Below are positions 20,741-30,800 of a DNA stretch of 64,000 nucleotides, in pieces; position 1 is the stretch's first letter; every line of letters begins with the position of its first letter. The stretch is from assembly GCA_963761335.1 (NCBI GenBank), contig CAVXGR010000016.1, positions 332,608-396,607 on the forward strand, given 5' to 3'. A program made the translations under genes and the position numbers. The DNA is from an uncultured delta proteobacterium. Its GTDB lineage: Bacteria > Desulfobacterota > Binatia > HRBIN30 > BPIQ01. Below the pieces are notes generated by a model. That model worked only from the letters and a program-made list of their open reading frames with translations. It searched no databases and was not told where the DNA came from.

Positions 20741-21868
20741 ATGCGGGTGTTGCTGTGGAGTGACTACTTCTGGCCGGCTCTGGGGGGCACGGAGGTCTTC
20801 GCCCTCAACCTGATACGCGCTCTCGGCGAGCGCGGCGTCGAGTTCGAGGTGGTCGCCAACCGAGCGGAAGCCGCGGCCGTTGACGCCGAGCCGCCCGTGC
20901 CGGGCCTCACCGTCCATCGCCTCCCCATACGGGCGGCTCTGGCGCGAGGGGACCTGACGGAAGCGGCGTCGGTGCGGCGATCGCTGACCGCGCTGTTGGC
21001 GCGCTTCCGGCCCGATCTCGTGCATGAGATCTCGCTCGGTCCGGGCGACGTGTTTCTCCACGAGCCCCGCCGGCGTGCGGGGGCGCGGTGTCTGGTGACC
21101 CTCCAGCAACACATTCCGCCTCGGATGCTGCGGGCCGACGGGGTGATCGGCGGCGCGCTTCGCTGCTCCGATTGGATCGCCTCGTGCTCCGCTGCGGTGC
21201 AGGGCGAGCTGCTGCAGTCGGTTCCCGAAGTTGCGGGTCGCTGCTCGGTGATTCACAACGCCTTGCCGGACGATGACCAGGGCCCGCTGCATCCACCGCC
21301 GGCGGCGCCGCGTCTTCTGTGTCTCGGGCGGCTCGTGGAGCAGAAGGGCTTCGACGTGGCGCTGCAGGCCTTCGCCGCGGTGCGGGCCGAGATCGACGGG
21401 GTGCGGCTCACCATCGCTGGCGACGGACCGCAGCGCGCCGAGCTCGAGGCGGCGGCTCGGCGGCTCGGCATACGATCGCATGTCGATTTTCTCGGCTGGG
21501 TCCACCCGCGCGAGACGGCGGCGTTGATCGACTCCGCGAGCGCCGTGCTGATGCCCTCCCGTTGCGAACCGATGGCCTTCGTCGGGCTCGAGGCCGCGCT
21601 TCGCGCCCGACCTCTGGTCGCCACGCGCGTCGGCGGCATGGCGGAGATCGTCGTCGACGGCGAGACGGGCGTGCTGGTGGGCGTCGACGACGTGGCGGCG
21701 CTCGCCGAGGCCGTGATCCGGCTGTTGCGCAATCCGTCGGCGGCAGCGGATTTCGGACGCCGGGCCCGGGCGCGGGTATCGCGTCTCTACCCCTGGCGCG
21801 CACACCGCGATGCGTACCAGCTGCTCTACAGCCGCTTGTGCGGCTTGCCGCCGCCTGCCCGCAGATGA
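20741..21868 (+). CDS. Glycosyltransferase family 4
   Basis: FWPALGGTE, LGRLVEQKGFD, EPMAFVGLEA, DGETGVLV. Confidence 0.9.
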   Translation: MRVLLWSDYFWPALGGTEVFALNLIRALGERGVEFEVVANRAEAAAVDAEPPVPGLTVHRLPIRAALARGDLTEAASVRRSLTALLARFRPDLVHEISLGPGDVFLHEPRRRAGARCLVTLQQHIPPRMLRADGVIGGALRCSDWIASCSAAVQGELLQSVPEVAGRCSVIHNALPDDDQGPLHPPPAAPRLLCLGRLVEQKGFDVALQAFAAVRAEIDGVRLTIAGDGPQRAELEAAARRLGIRSHVDFLGWVHPRETAALIDSASAVLMPSRCEPMAFVGLEAALRARPLVATRVGGMAEIVVDGETGVLVGVDDVAALAEAVIRLLRNPSAAADFGRRARARVSRLYPWRAHRDAYQLLYSRLCGLPPPARR

Positions 21869-23001
21869 CGACGCGCATCCTCTACTGGTCGCAGCAGTAC
21901 TGGCCCTCGATCGGCGGCGTCGAGGTGCTCGCCGCTGCCTTCATTCGCGGCATGCGCCGGCGCGGATTCGAATTCACCGTGGTCACCTCGCACGGCCATC
22001 ACCCGCTTCCCGACGCGGAGGTCCACGACGGTGTGGCGATCCGCCGCCTGCCGTTCGCGCGTGCCCTGCAGGAGCGCGATCTGGAGGCAGTCGTCGGCGC
22101 CACGCGTGCTCTGGCCGAGCTCAAGCGCCAGGTGAGGCCGGCGCTGGTGCACCTCCAGCTGTCCGATGCGAGTGCTCTCTTCCACCTGCGCACGCATCGC
22201 CTTCATCCCGCACCGACACTGGTATCGCTGCAGGTGGCGCCGCCGGAGCGGATGCCCCCCGAATCCTTGCTGGCCGAGCTCCTGTGTTCCGCGAGCTGGA
22301 TCACAGCCCCCTCGCGCGCCGTGGCCGGAGACATTGCGGGGTTGCTTCCGTCGGTGCAGTCGCGGATCTCGGTGATTCATCCCGCCCTCGAGCCCGCGGG
22401 ACTGGAGCCGACGGCGCTGCCACTCGCTCCGGCCACCTTGCTCTGCCTCGGGCGGCTGGTCGGCGACAAGGGGTTCGACGTGGCGCTCGAAGCGCTGCCG
22501 AGCATTCTCGTGGAGTTCCCCGACACGCGCCTGGTGATCGCCGGCGACGGCGCGGCGCGCCGCGAGTTCGAACGGCAGGCGGCGCGGCTCGGGATCGAGG
22601 CGGCCGTTGAGTTCACCGGCTGGGTTGCCCCGGACGCCGTCCCGGCGCTGATCAACCGCGCCACCGTGGTTCTGGTGCCGTCGCGCTGGCGGGAGGCCTT
22701 CGGGATCGTCGCCCTGCAGGCGGCGCAGATGGGCCGCCCGGTGGTCTGCACGGATACCGGTGGGCTGCCCGAGGTCGTCGATCACGAGCGCACCGGGCTC
22801 ATCGTTCCGGTCGAGGACCCCGAGGCCCTGGCGGCGGCCACCACGACGCTGCTCCGCCGGCCGCAGGTGGCGGGGCGTCTCGGCGCGCAGGCGCGCCGCC
22901 AGGCCGGCACCCGCTTTCGCTGGGACAGGCAGCTCGACGACTACGAGGCGCTGTACCGGCGCCTCACGAGCGGCTCCGGCGCCGATCCAGGGATCTCTTG
23001 A
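21865..23001 (+). CDS. Glycosyltransferase family 4
   Basis: YWPSIGGVE, LGRLVGDKGFD, EAFGIVALQA; ATGA overlap with the previous gene. Confidence 0.9.
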   Translation: MTTRILYWSQQYWPSIGGVEVLAAAFIRGMRRRGFEFTVVTSHGHHPLPDAEVHDGVAIRRLPFARALQERDLEAVVGATRALAELKRQVRPALVHLQLSDASALFHLRTHRLHPAPTLVSLQVAPPERMPPESLLAELLCSASWITAPSRAVAGDIAGLLPSVQSRISVIHPALEPAGLEPTALPLAPATLLCLGRLVGDKGFDVALEALPSILVEFPDTRLVIAGDGAARREFERQAARLGIEAAVEFTGWVAPDAVPALINRATVVLVPSRWREAFGIVALQAAQMGRPVVCTDTGGLPEVVDHERTGLIVPVEDPEALAAATTTLLRRPQVAGRLGAQARRQAGTRFRWDRQLDDYEALYRRLTSGSGADPGIS

Positions 23002-23659
23002 TCACGTCGAGAAACTCTTCGCGGCTGGCGGCCGGGCGCCGGCGTGTCAGATTTGCTCGGTGCATGCTGTGGTAGGTCAGGACATCGGGGAGCATCTCGA
23101 TACGGGCTCCCAGCTCGGCGGCGCGGATGAACCAGTCGGTGGCGTCGGCGAACCACAAGCGGCCGTCGAACTCGCCGACGCGCTCGAACAGGGCGCGGCG
23201 CGCCAGCATGGTCGTCGTGGCGTAGCCCGGGACGATCGCGGCGCGCGGGTGATCGCGATAGAGCTCCGCCTCTCCGGAGAGCTCGTCGCTCCACACCAGC
23301 TGCGCGTAGCTGAGACAGGCGTCGATCTCGGGGACAGCCGCGAAGCGCGCCTGCTGTCGGGCCAGCTTCTCGGGGTGCCAGCGGTCATCGGCGTCGAGAA
23401 AGGCGACGAACTCACCGCGCGCAGCGCGCCTGCCGAGATTGCGAGTCGCCGCGGGGCCCGCCGTCGTCTGCTCGACGATCTCGACCGGTTGCGGAAAGGC
23501 GCGGACGATCGCCAGCGTCGCGTCGCCGGAGCCGTCGTCGGCGACGATCACCTGCAAGGGGCGGTAGGTCTGTGCGAAGATGCTCTGCAGCGCCCGGCGC
23601 ACGTAGGCGGCACTGTTGAATGCCGGGACGACGCAGCTGATCAGCGGTGATTTGGACAT
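22964..23659 (-). CDS. Glycosyltransferase family 2
   Basis: ISCVVPAFN, VADDGSGD, ATRNLG, AFLDADD. Confidence 0.92.
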   Translation of the reverse strand: MSKSPLISCVVPAFNSAAYVRRALQSIFAQTYRPLQVIVADDGSGDATLAIVRAFPQPVEIVEQTTAGPAATRNLGRRAARGEFVAFLDADDRWHPEKLARQQARFAAVPEIDACLSYAQLVWSDELSGEAELYRDHPRAAIVPGYATTTMLARRALFERVGEFDGRLWFADATDWFIRAAELGARIEMLPDVLTYHSMHRANLTRRRPAASREEFLDVIKRSLDRRRSRS

Positions 23660-23793
23660 GGGCTCGAGCTCACGGGCCGGTGAAAGTGGTTGGCGCCGGC
23701 TCTGAACCCGTATACCCGAGCCGCCGCCGCGGATCATCCGCACCTTCTGCCGACGGGTATTGTGCTATGACCGAGACCGAGGGAGGACGGCCC

Positions 23794-24633
23794 ATGCGCT
23801 TTGGACTCTTCGGCATCAACTTCGGTCCGTGTGCGGACCCGGCGACGGCGATTCGGGTGGCGCAGGCGGCCGAGGCGGCGGGGCTCGACTCGCTGTGGAC
23901 CGGCGAGCACGTCGTCCTACCCGACCCGCAGGTGCCGCCGTCGCCCTTGCCGGCCTCGGTTCCCATGCTCGATCCCGCTGTGGCCCTCGCCTTCGTGGCG
24001 GCGGCGACCGAGCGCCTCCGGCTCGGCACCGGGATCATCATTCTGCCGCAGCGCAACCCGTTGATCCTGGCCAAGGAGCTGGCCAGTGTCGATGTGGTCT
24101 CGCGCGGGCGTCTGATCGCCGGCTTCGGCGCCGGCTACCTCAAGCCGGAGTTCGACGCCGTCGGCGCGCCCTACGAGGGCCGCGGGGCGCGCACCGACGA
24201 GTACATCGAGGCGATGCGCGCCCTGTGGACCATGGACAAGCCCAGCTACAGCGGCCGCTTCGTCTCCTTCTCCGGCGTCGACGCCCACCCGCGCCCGCTG
24301 CAGAAGCCGCATCCGCCGATCGTCATCGGCGGCCACACCCCGCCTGCCTACCGGCGCGCCGTGCGCCGCGGCAACGGCTGGTACGGATTCGCCCTGCCCC
24401 CCGAGGTCGCCGCGACCTGCCTCCAGGGAATTGCCGCTGTCGCCCGCGAGTGCGAGCGCCCGCCGGCGCTGGGCCCGCTCGAGATCAGCGTTACGCCACG
24501 CGCCAAGCCGAGCGCCGACAACATGAAGCGCTACGAAGACCTCGGCGTCCACCGCCTCGTTTGGACGACGTCCGCGACCTCGGCCGACGACCTGCTGCGT
24601 CTGATCGATGCCGTCGCCGGCCTGGCTCACTGA
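23794..24633 (+). CDS. LLM-class flavin/F420-dependent oxidoreductase
   Basis: AEAAGLDSLWTGEH, RLGTGIIILPQRNP, GRLIAGFGAG, HPPIVIGG. Confidence 0.9.
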   Translation: MRFGLFGINFGPCADPATAIRVAQAAEAAGLDSLWTGEHVVLPDPQVPPSPLPASVPMLDPAVALAFVAAATERLRLGTGIIILPQRNPLILAKELASVDVVSRGRLIAGFGAGYLKPEFDAVGAPYEGRGARTDEYIEAMRALWTMDKPSYSGRFVSFSGVDAHPRPLQKPHPPIVIGGHTPPAYRRAVRRGNGWYGFALPPEVAATCLQGIAAVARECERPPALGPLEISVTPRAKPSADNMKRYEDLGVHRLVWTTSATSADDLLRLIDAVAGLAH

Positions 24634-24641
24634 CCCACCGC

Positions 24642-25805
24642 CTATAGGCACTCGTAGAGCGCGGCGATCAACGCCGCGGCGCGGGGGTCGATCAGCCACA
24701 AGCCGATGTGCATCTCGTTCATCGCGTATCCGAATCCGAGACGGGCGTCCGGATCGGCGAAGGCCATCGATCCGCCCATACCGCCGTGGCCAAAGGCCCG
24801 TGGGCTCGGCCCCATCTTCTCGGTCGGCGTGGAGAGCATGAACCCGAGGCCGAAGCGCGTGTGGAGCGGCAGCAGGGCGTCAGGTCCACCGCACTGCTCG
24901 GTCAGGGCGCGATCGATCGTCTCCCGACTGAGGAGTCGACCGGCCTCCGCGCTTCCACCGGCGCCGAGAATTCCATAGACGCGGGCGAGCGCCCGGGCAT
25001 TGGTGTGGCCGTTCGCCGCCGGGATCTCCGCGGCCCGCCACTCGCGCGTGTTGACCGCGTCGGGCGCGATCGGCGGATTCAAGAACGCCTTGAACAGCAG
25101 TCCGTCGGGGTCCTTCAGGATTTCCGTGAACAGGTTGACGTCCTCCGGAGACGGCATGGGTGGCGGAATCAGCGGCACCACACGTCCCTCCTCGCTCTCG
25201 GGCAGGCCGATGTGGAAATCGACGCCAAACGGCCGCGCGACTTCATCTCGGAAGAACGTGCCCAGGCTCTTGCCGGTGATCCGGCGCACCACCTCACCAA
25301 CCAGCCAACCATAGGTGACGGCGTGATAGCCGTGTTTCTTCCCCGGTTCCCACCAGGGCTGCTGCGCCGCCAAAACGGTGGTCATCGTATCCCACTCGTA
25401 AATGGCAGTTTCCGACAATGGCTGCGCGACCGCCGGCAACCCAGCCTGGTGGGTGAGCAGGTAGCGCACCGGCAGGTCCGCCTTGCCGGCCTGGGCGAAC
25501 TCGGGCCAATAGGTCGCCACGGGCGCATCGACGTCCAAACGGCCTTGATCGACCAGGCGATGCGCGCAGATCGCCGTCATCCCCTTGGTGGTCGAGTAGA
25601 CATTCACCAGCGCATCATGCGGGAACGGTCGCGTCCGCGCCGCGTCGGCATGCCCGGCCCAAAGATCCACGACCGGCTTGCCATCCAGCACTACCGCGAC
25701 GGCCGCGCCGGTTTCGCCGAACCTGCCGAAGTTGTCGATGAAGGCATCGCGCAGCCGCCGGAACTTCGGGTCGCAAGTGCCCTGGACATCCGGAGGTGGT
25801 GACAT
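24642..25805 (-). CDS. Serine hydrolase, beta-lactamase/esterase family
   Basis: STTK (SxxK), LLTHQAGL, GYHAVTYG, FGHGGMGGS. Confidence 0.92.
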   Translation of the reverse strand: MSPPPDVQGTCDPKFRRLRDAFIDNFGRFGETGAAVAVVLDGKPVVDLWAGHADAARTRPFPHDALVNVYSTTKGMTAICAHRLVDQGRLDVDAPVATYWPEFAQAGKADLPVRYLLTHQAGLPAVAQPLSETAIYEWDTMTTVLAAQQPWWEPGKKHGYHAVTYGWLVGEVVRRITGKSLGTFFRDEVARPFGVDFHIGLPESEEGRVVPLIPPPMPSPEDVNLFTEILKDPDGLLFKAFLNPPIAPDAVNTREWRAAEIPAANGHTNARALARVYGILGAGGSAEAGRLLSRETIDRALTEQCGGPDALLPLHTRFGLGFMLSTPTEKMGPSPRAFGHGGMGGSMAFADPDARLGFGYAMNEMHIGLWLIDPRAAALIAALYECL

Positions 25806-25820
25806 GAGGAATCTCTCCTT

Positions 25821-26870
25821 TCAGATTTGCGGACGTTGTTGTTCGACCGAGACTTGCGCGAAGCGGCGCGGGGACTCCCCCGTCCAGCGGCGAAACGCCC
25901 GGGTGAAGGTCGCGGCGTCGGAGAAACCGAGCAGGAAGGCGATCTCCTTGATGCTGTACCTGGCTTGCTGGAGGTAGCGGCACGCCAGGTTTTGGCGCGC
26001 GCGATTCAGCAGGATCTTGTACGAGGCCCCTTCCTGGGCCAGCTGCAGCTGTAGGCTACGGGGGCTCATGCAGAGGCGCCGTGCGACGGCCTCCTCCGAC
26101 GGCCCGCCATCCGGTAGGTGCTCGACCAGGAGACCGTGGACGCGATCGGCGAGTGTATCGACGCGTCCGGTGCGGGCGAGATACTCGGCGACGATCTTGT
26201 CGTTCTGGCGGGCGAGATCCGCATTGCCGTAGGGCAGGGGCGCTTCGATGTCCCCGCGGGCGTACTCCACGGCGTCCTCTGCGGCATCGAAGGAGATCGG
26301 GCAACGAAAGATCTTGTGGAAGCGCTCCGATGTCTTCGGTTCCGGACGCCTCAGATGCAGAGCCAGCGGATTGATCCGGGTGGATCCGCTGAGTACTCGC
26401 AGCGTGCGCACGCCGGTTGCCATGAACGCGTCGATGCCTTCGTGCGGCGGCCCGAGAGGAGAGAGCCGCTCGATGATGAAACGGTAGCGGTCCCCTACCT
26501 CCACGAGACTCTGCGCGGTGGCGTCGCTGATGAGCCGCTGGAAGCGTATGGCGCGCCGTAGAGCGGCTTTGAGGTCGGGGCTGGCGAGGATCGCATAGCC
26601 GAGGGCGTGGAAGGTGACTGGGTTGACGAAGCGCGGCACCTCCAAGCCGAAGCAGGGGTCACCGGTCGCCTCGACAGCCAGCGCCCAAAGGCGCGTGACG
26701 GCCGGCTGCGGCGCGCGTTCTTCTCCGTTGCGCAGGACGCGTGGGCTGATGCCGGCCCGCAGCGCCTGCTCCGTGCCGTTGATTCCGCGTGCATCCAATG
26801 CGCGGACGATGGCCTGGATCCAGGTTCCCATGGTCGAGGGCACGTCTGCCCTGTGCGGGACGGTTGGCAT
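25821..26870 (-). CDS. AraC-family transcriptional regulator
   Basis: C-terminal double HTH (MSPRSLQ...IAFLLGFSDAATFTRAFRRWTGESP); N-terminal TGDPCFGL...ALGYA domain; start supported by the homologous start at 36132. Confidence 0.9.
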   Translation of the reverse strand: MPTVPHRADVPSTMGTWIQAIVRALDARGINGTEQALRAGISPRVLRNGEERAPQPAVTRLWALAVEATGDPCFGLEVPRFVNPVTFHALGYAILASPDLKAALRRAIRFQRLISDATAQSLVEVGDRYRFIIERLSPLGPPHEGIDAFMATGVRTLRVLSGSTRINPLALHLRRPEPKTSERFHKIFRCPISFDAAEDAVEYARGDIEAPLPYGNADLARQNDKIVAEYLARTGRVDTLADRVHGLLVEHLPDGGPSEEAVARRLCMSPRSLQLQLAQEGASYKILLNRARQNLACRYLQQARYSIKEIAFLLGFSDAATFTRAFRRWTGESPRRFAQVSVEQQRPQI

Positions 26871-27012
26871 ATCGTCCCCCGTAAAACCACAATGTTTCGC
26901 CTCTGGCAAAGACTTCTTCGCCGCCGGCAAAGGAAACCGGGGCCGACGTTGGAGGGGGCATGTTTCGCAGCGTACCGGCCTCGCGACGCGGCATGCTCGG
27001 CAAGGGGTGCCC

Positions 27013-27768
27013 TCAATCGGCCCGGCGCATTGGCTTCTTGACCTTGTCGGGAGAAATCCAGCCCTGGTCGGCGAAATACGCGGACAGGCGCTCCGCGATT
27101 CGGTCGGCGCTCCGCCCGGCCAGGGCGTACGCCCTCGAGCGCAACGCCTTCGCCCCGCCGACGGCGACGTTCGCCGCAACCATGCCGGCAGTCGCCGCCC
27201 CTTGTGCAGCCGCCCCGGCTCCCATGGTCACCGCCGCCCCGGGCATTCTTCCGCTGTCCGCGTGGACCTCGAACTCCATCAGGGTGCGGTACCCGGTCGC
27301 CGATTCGGCGAGGAGCTGAACCTGGGTGTCCACCTTCGATTTTCCGGCGCCGAAGCCGATGACCAGGCGGCGAAGCCTGTTGCCCTCGTCGATGTCGATG
27401 AAATGGCCGGTGATCACCAATGCGTCTGGCGGCACGTGCGTATCAGTCGTCGCTCGCTGCGCCGGCAGGCGAAGCTCATTGATCTGTCTGACCAGCTCGT
27501 CGGCCATGCGCTCGGCAACCTGCTGCGCGATCTCCGCGGTGCGCTGATCTCGCGTCGTGCTCTCCGCCGCATCGACGACCTTCTGAAACAACGCCTGGTT
27601 CTGGGTGACCTCCTCCAAGTTCACGCCGAACTTGTAGACGAGGACGATCCCGGGTGGGGGAGCACCGGTCGAGGAGGTCTCGTATTGTTGCTTCATGGTG
27701 GTCCGCGCGCAGCCGGCAACACCGAAGACCAACCCACAGATGACGACCGATCGCATGGCCGCGTTCAT
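27013..27768 (-). CDS. DUF4410-like lipoprotein
   Basis: Lipobox VAGC; IDEGNRLRRLVIGFGAGKS. Confidence 0.75.
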   Translation of the reverse strand: MNAAMRSVVICGLVFGVAGCARTTMKQQYETSSTGAPPPGIVLVYKFGVNLEEVTQNQALFQKVVDAAESTTRDQRTAEIAQQVAERMADELVRQINELRLPAQRATTDTHVPPDALVITGHFIDIDEGNRLRRLVIGFGAGKSKVDTQVQLLAESATGYRTLMEFEVHADSGRMPGAAVTMGAGAAAQGAATAGMVAANVAVGGAKALRSRAYALAGRSADRIAERLSAYFADQGWISPDKVKKPMRRAD

Positions 27769-27793
27769 CTCCGCGCCTCCATAGCTCGCGAAG

Positions 27794-27822
27794 CTCCCCC
27801 GCGGCCCGCGCCCGCGGGGGAG
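27794..27822. repeat. GC-rich palindrome (REP-like or terminator)
   Basis: CTCCCCCGCGG ... CCGCGGGGGAG in the intergenic space. Confidence 0.4.
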
Positions 27823-27885
27823 AGGGAAGGTTCTTCCCGCATCTCCCCCGCAGGTGCTTTGCCGCAGGTCGCTTTCCCCACCTCG

Positions 27886-30800
27886 TCAACCGCCGCAGAG
27901 AGTGCCGTTGATGTCGCACTGCGGCGTCTCGCCGCGGTTGCGCTGCTCGTTGTCGAGGGCGCGGACCTCCCCGTTGGTCACGGCGCTGGCGTCGCAACCG
28001 CACAGCTGCGAGGCGCAGCAGCTGCACCCCGCCGCCCGTTCCGCCTTCAGGATCTCGCTGACGTCGCAGCTTTGGATGCCGTAGCAGGCCTCGGTGGCGA
28101 GACCCACGTCGCGTGACGTGCACAGGGTTGCGTCGCAGGTGTAGCCGATCTCGACAGGGCCCGGGAGTCTCTGACAGGAAGCGTACTCCTGACACACGGC
28201 ATCGCAGCTCACGCCGCTGTCGGGCGGCAACGTCGTCTGGTCGGGGACGTACAGGTCGCATCCGCACTGGCGGCTGACCGCGTCGGGGATGCACTGGTTG
28301 TTGCAGAGGAGGGGCGTCGGAGTGCTGCGCGGCGTCGGCGTCGACTGCGTGGGCAGTGGTGTGGGCTTCGGTGTCGGCGTGCTGCAGCCGAGCTGCCCGT
28401 CGAGGATCGCCCGGTCGGCGTCGTCGACCTGGCCGTCGTCGTTGAGGTCGGCACCGCACAGCTCGCAGGGGCCGATCGCTTGCTCGAGCAAGCTGGTGTC
28501 GGCGGCGTCGACGTAGCCGTCATGGTTCAAGTCCGAGCGACGACAGGATCCGATGCAATCCATGCCGAGGTTCGCCGTGACGATCTGCGCGTCGGCACCA
28601 TTCGTCTCGGCGTCGGTGTTGAGGTCGAAGAAGCTCTGTCCGCCGACCTTGCCGGTCAACGGCGACATCGCCGTGGTAAACGCGGTGACCCCGTCGGCGT
28701 CGCGCTGATCGACGCGCTGGTCGAGGTTGCCGTCGCCCTCGCACATCGCCTGCGAGCTCAGGACGTGCTGCAGCTCTTCCTGCAGCCGCTCGTAGTTCAT
28801 CATTTGGACCGTCGTGAGACAGGAGGTGGGGGTTCCCAGGTCGCATGCCGACCCATCGAGGCAGGTGGGCGAGTCCGAGCGCACGTCGCACAGCAGGCTC
28901 GACCCCTTGACGTCGAGCCCGAGTGGGTTGCCCAGCGAACCGGTTGGGGTCAGGTCGTAGAGCTCGAATGAGGATGTCAGCTTGTCGGGCGGGTAGTGGC
29001 CATCATCGGCGGAGCAGTCGGGACGGTCGAGGCGGACGAGCTTGTAGGTCTGGTTGCGCACCGCGTACTGATTGATTGCAGCAAGCGTCGGCGGGGACAT
29101 GTCCGCCGTGGCGAGCGCGGCACTCACGGCGCAGCACGAGTGCTCTCCCTGCTGGGCGGCCTCCGCGCCGATCGCCGCCACGACCTCCGGGTCTGGGCTG
29201 TCCGTCGGCCCCCACCAGATGCCGCCGTTGGTGTGGCAAAAGCTCTGTGTATCGGCAATGACGTCGTCGCATTGCGACCCGAGCCCTCCCAAGGCGAAGA
29301 CGCACGGCCAGCTGCGCGCGGCAGTATTCACCGGCGATTCGGTGTTCACCTTCGAGTCGAAGACCCCCGGGCCGAGCTGGGTGAAGTTGAAATCGCGGAT
29401 CGGGGTCTGGTTGGCATCGGTCAGATAGGCGAGCATCGGCTGCGCGTCGAGTATGTGGGCAGGAGGGACGACCGCGCTGGGGTCGACCCCGGCGATCTCG
29501 CCGAACAGATCGTACAGGTCGGCGACGTTGACCAGCGCCTTGACGTCGCGGCCGGTCGGGCCTTTGACCAGCGGGCCGGCGACGATCAAGGGGACGGACA
29601 CACCCGTCTGATACACCGTCCCCTTCGAGCGGAGCGGATCATACGGCAGCTTGGCGACCTCGAAGAACGAGCCGTTGTCTCCGACGACGACGACCATCGT
29701 ATTGCTCGCCTGCAGCTCGGGAATCTGCGTGTAGCCGTTCCCGTCCACGACCGTCTCCACGGTTCCCTTCTGATCCAGGGTGGCGAGGTTCAGCGACGCC
29801 AGCAGACGGCCGATCTCACGGTCCATCGTGGTGAGCATGTCGTTGGCGAGAACGCGGTCGTTGGCCAGGTTCCCGTCGCAGCCGATCTGACCGCCGGCGA
29901 CCGACGACAGGGACGCGGGTACCTGCTGGTACGGCGTGTGGATGGAGTTGTAGCTCACCGTGAGCATTCGCGGCCCGGCCTGCTGGTTGTACCAGGCGAT
30001 CGAGTCGCTCGTCTGCGCGATCGACATGTAGACGCGACTGAGCGGCGGCTCGCCACAGGCCGCGTCGGTGAAGGTGGTGGTGTCGGGTGACAGGACACCT
30101 GAGGTGATCGTGTCCGGCCAGGCGTAGTAGCCGTTGGGCCGCTCGAAATCGAGCACCGCCTCGCCGCTGCCGACCTGCACGCAGTCGGAGCGCGTTGCAT
30201 CACCGGGACAGGCGGCGAACGCCGTGGCCTGGCAGCCTCCCGGCTGCTTCACGAAGACGCCCCCGGCCTCCATGCAACTCCGACCGGTGACCAGCGCCGA
30301 TTCGGTGCCGCCACCGGGAGCGGGAACCGCCACGAAGTCGGAGCGACAAGAGCCATCCTGGAAGTAACAGCTCCCGGCGGCCTCTCGCTGATCGAAGCCA
30401 CACATCAAGTCGCTGGCGGCACCCGACTCGACATGGCCTGCCTGCGAGTCGATCGCGGGTGGCCCCGCTTCCATGTTGCCATCGAAATAGTCGAAGCCGA
30501 GCGTGCGCGGCGAACAGTTGCCGGCGGGGTTGCGGTTGCCCAAGTGGTACTTGCCGACCATGGCGCTGGCGTAGCCGGCCCGCGCCAGCACCCGCGGCAG
30601 AGTGGTCTCGTACGGCGACACCTGCGCCTGCGGCAACATGTTCGGGAGCAGAGCGCTGGTGACACCGTTCCGCAGCGGATAGCGGCCGGTGAAGATGGTT
30701 GCCCGGCTGGGCGAGCACTCCGGCATCGACCACGCATTCGAGAAACGAACCCCGGCGTTTGCCAGGGCATCGAGGTTCGGGGTTGCAGCCTGCAGCCCCT

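Noticed and set aside
24642..25805. Possible beta-lactam resistance gene
   Set aside because: Motifs fit family VIII esterase-like hydrolases, and there is no signal peptide
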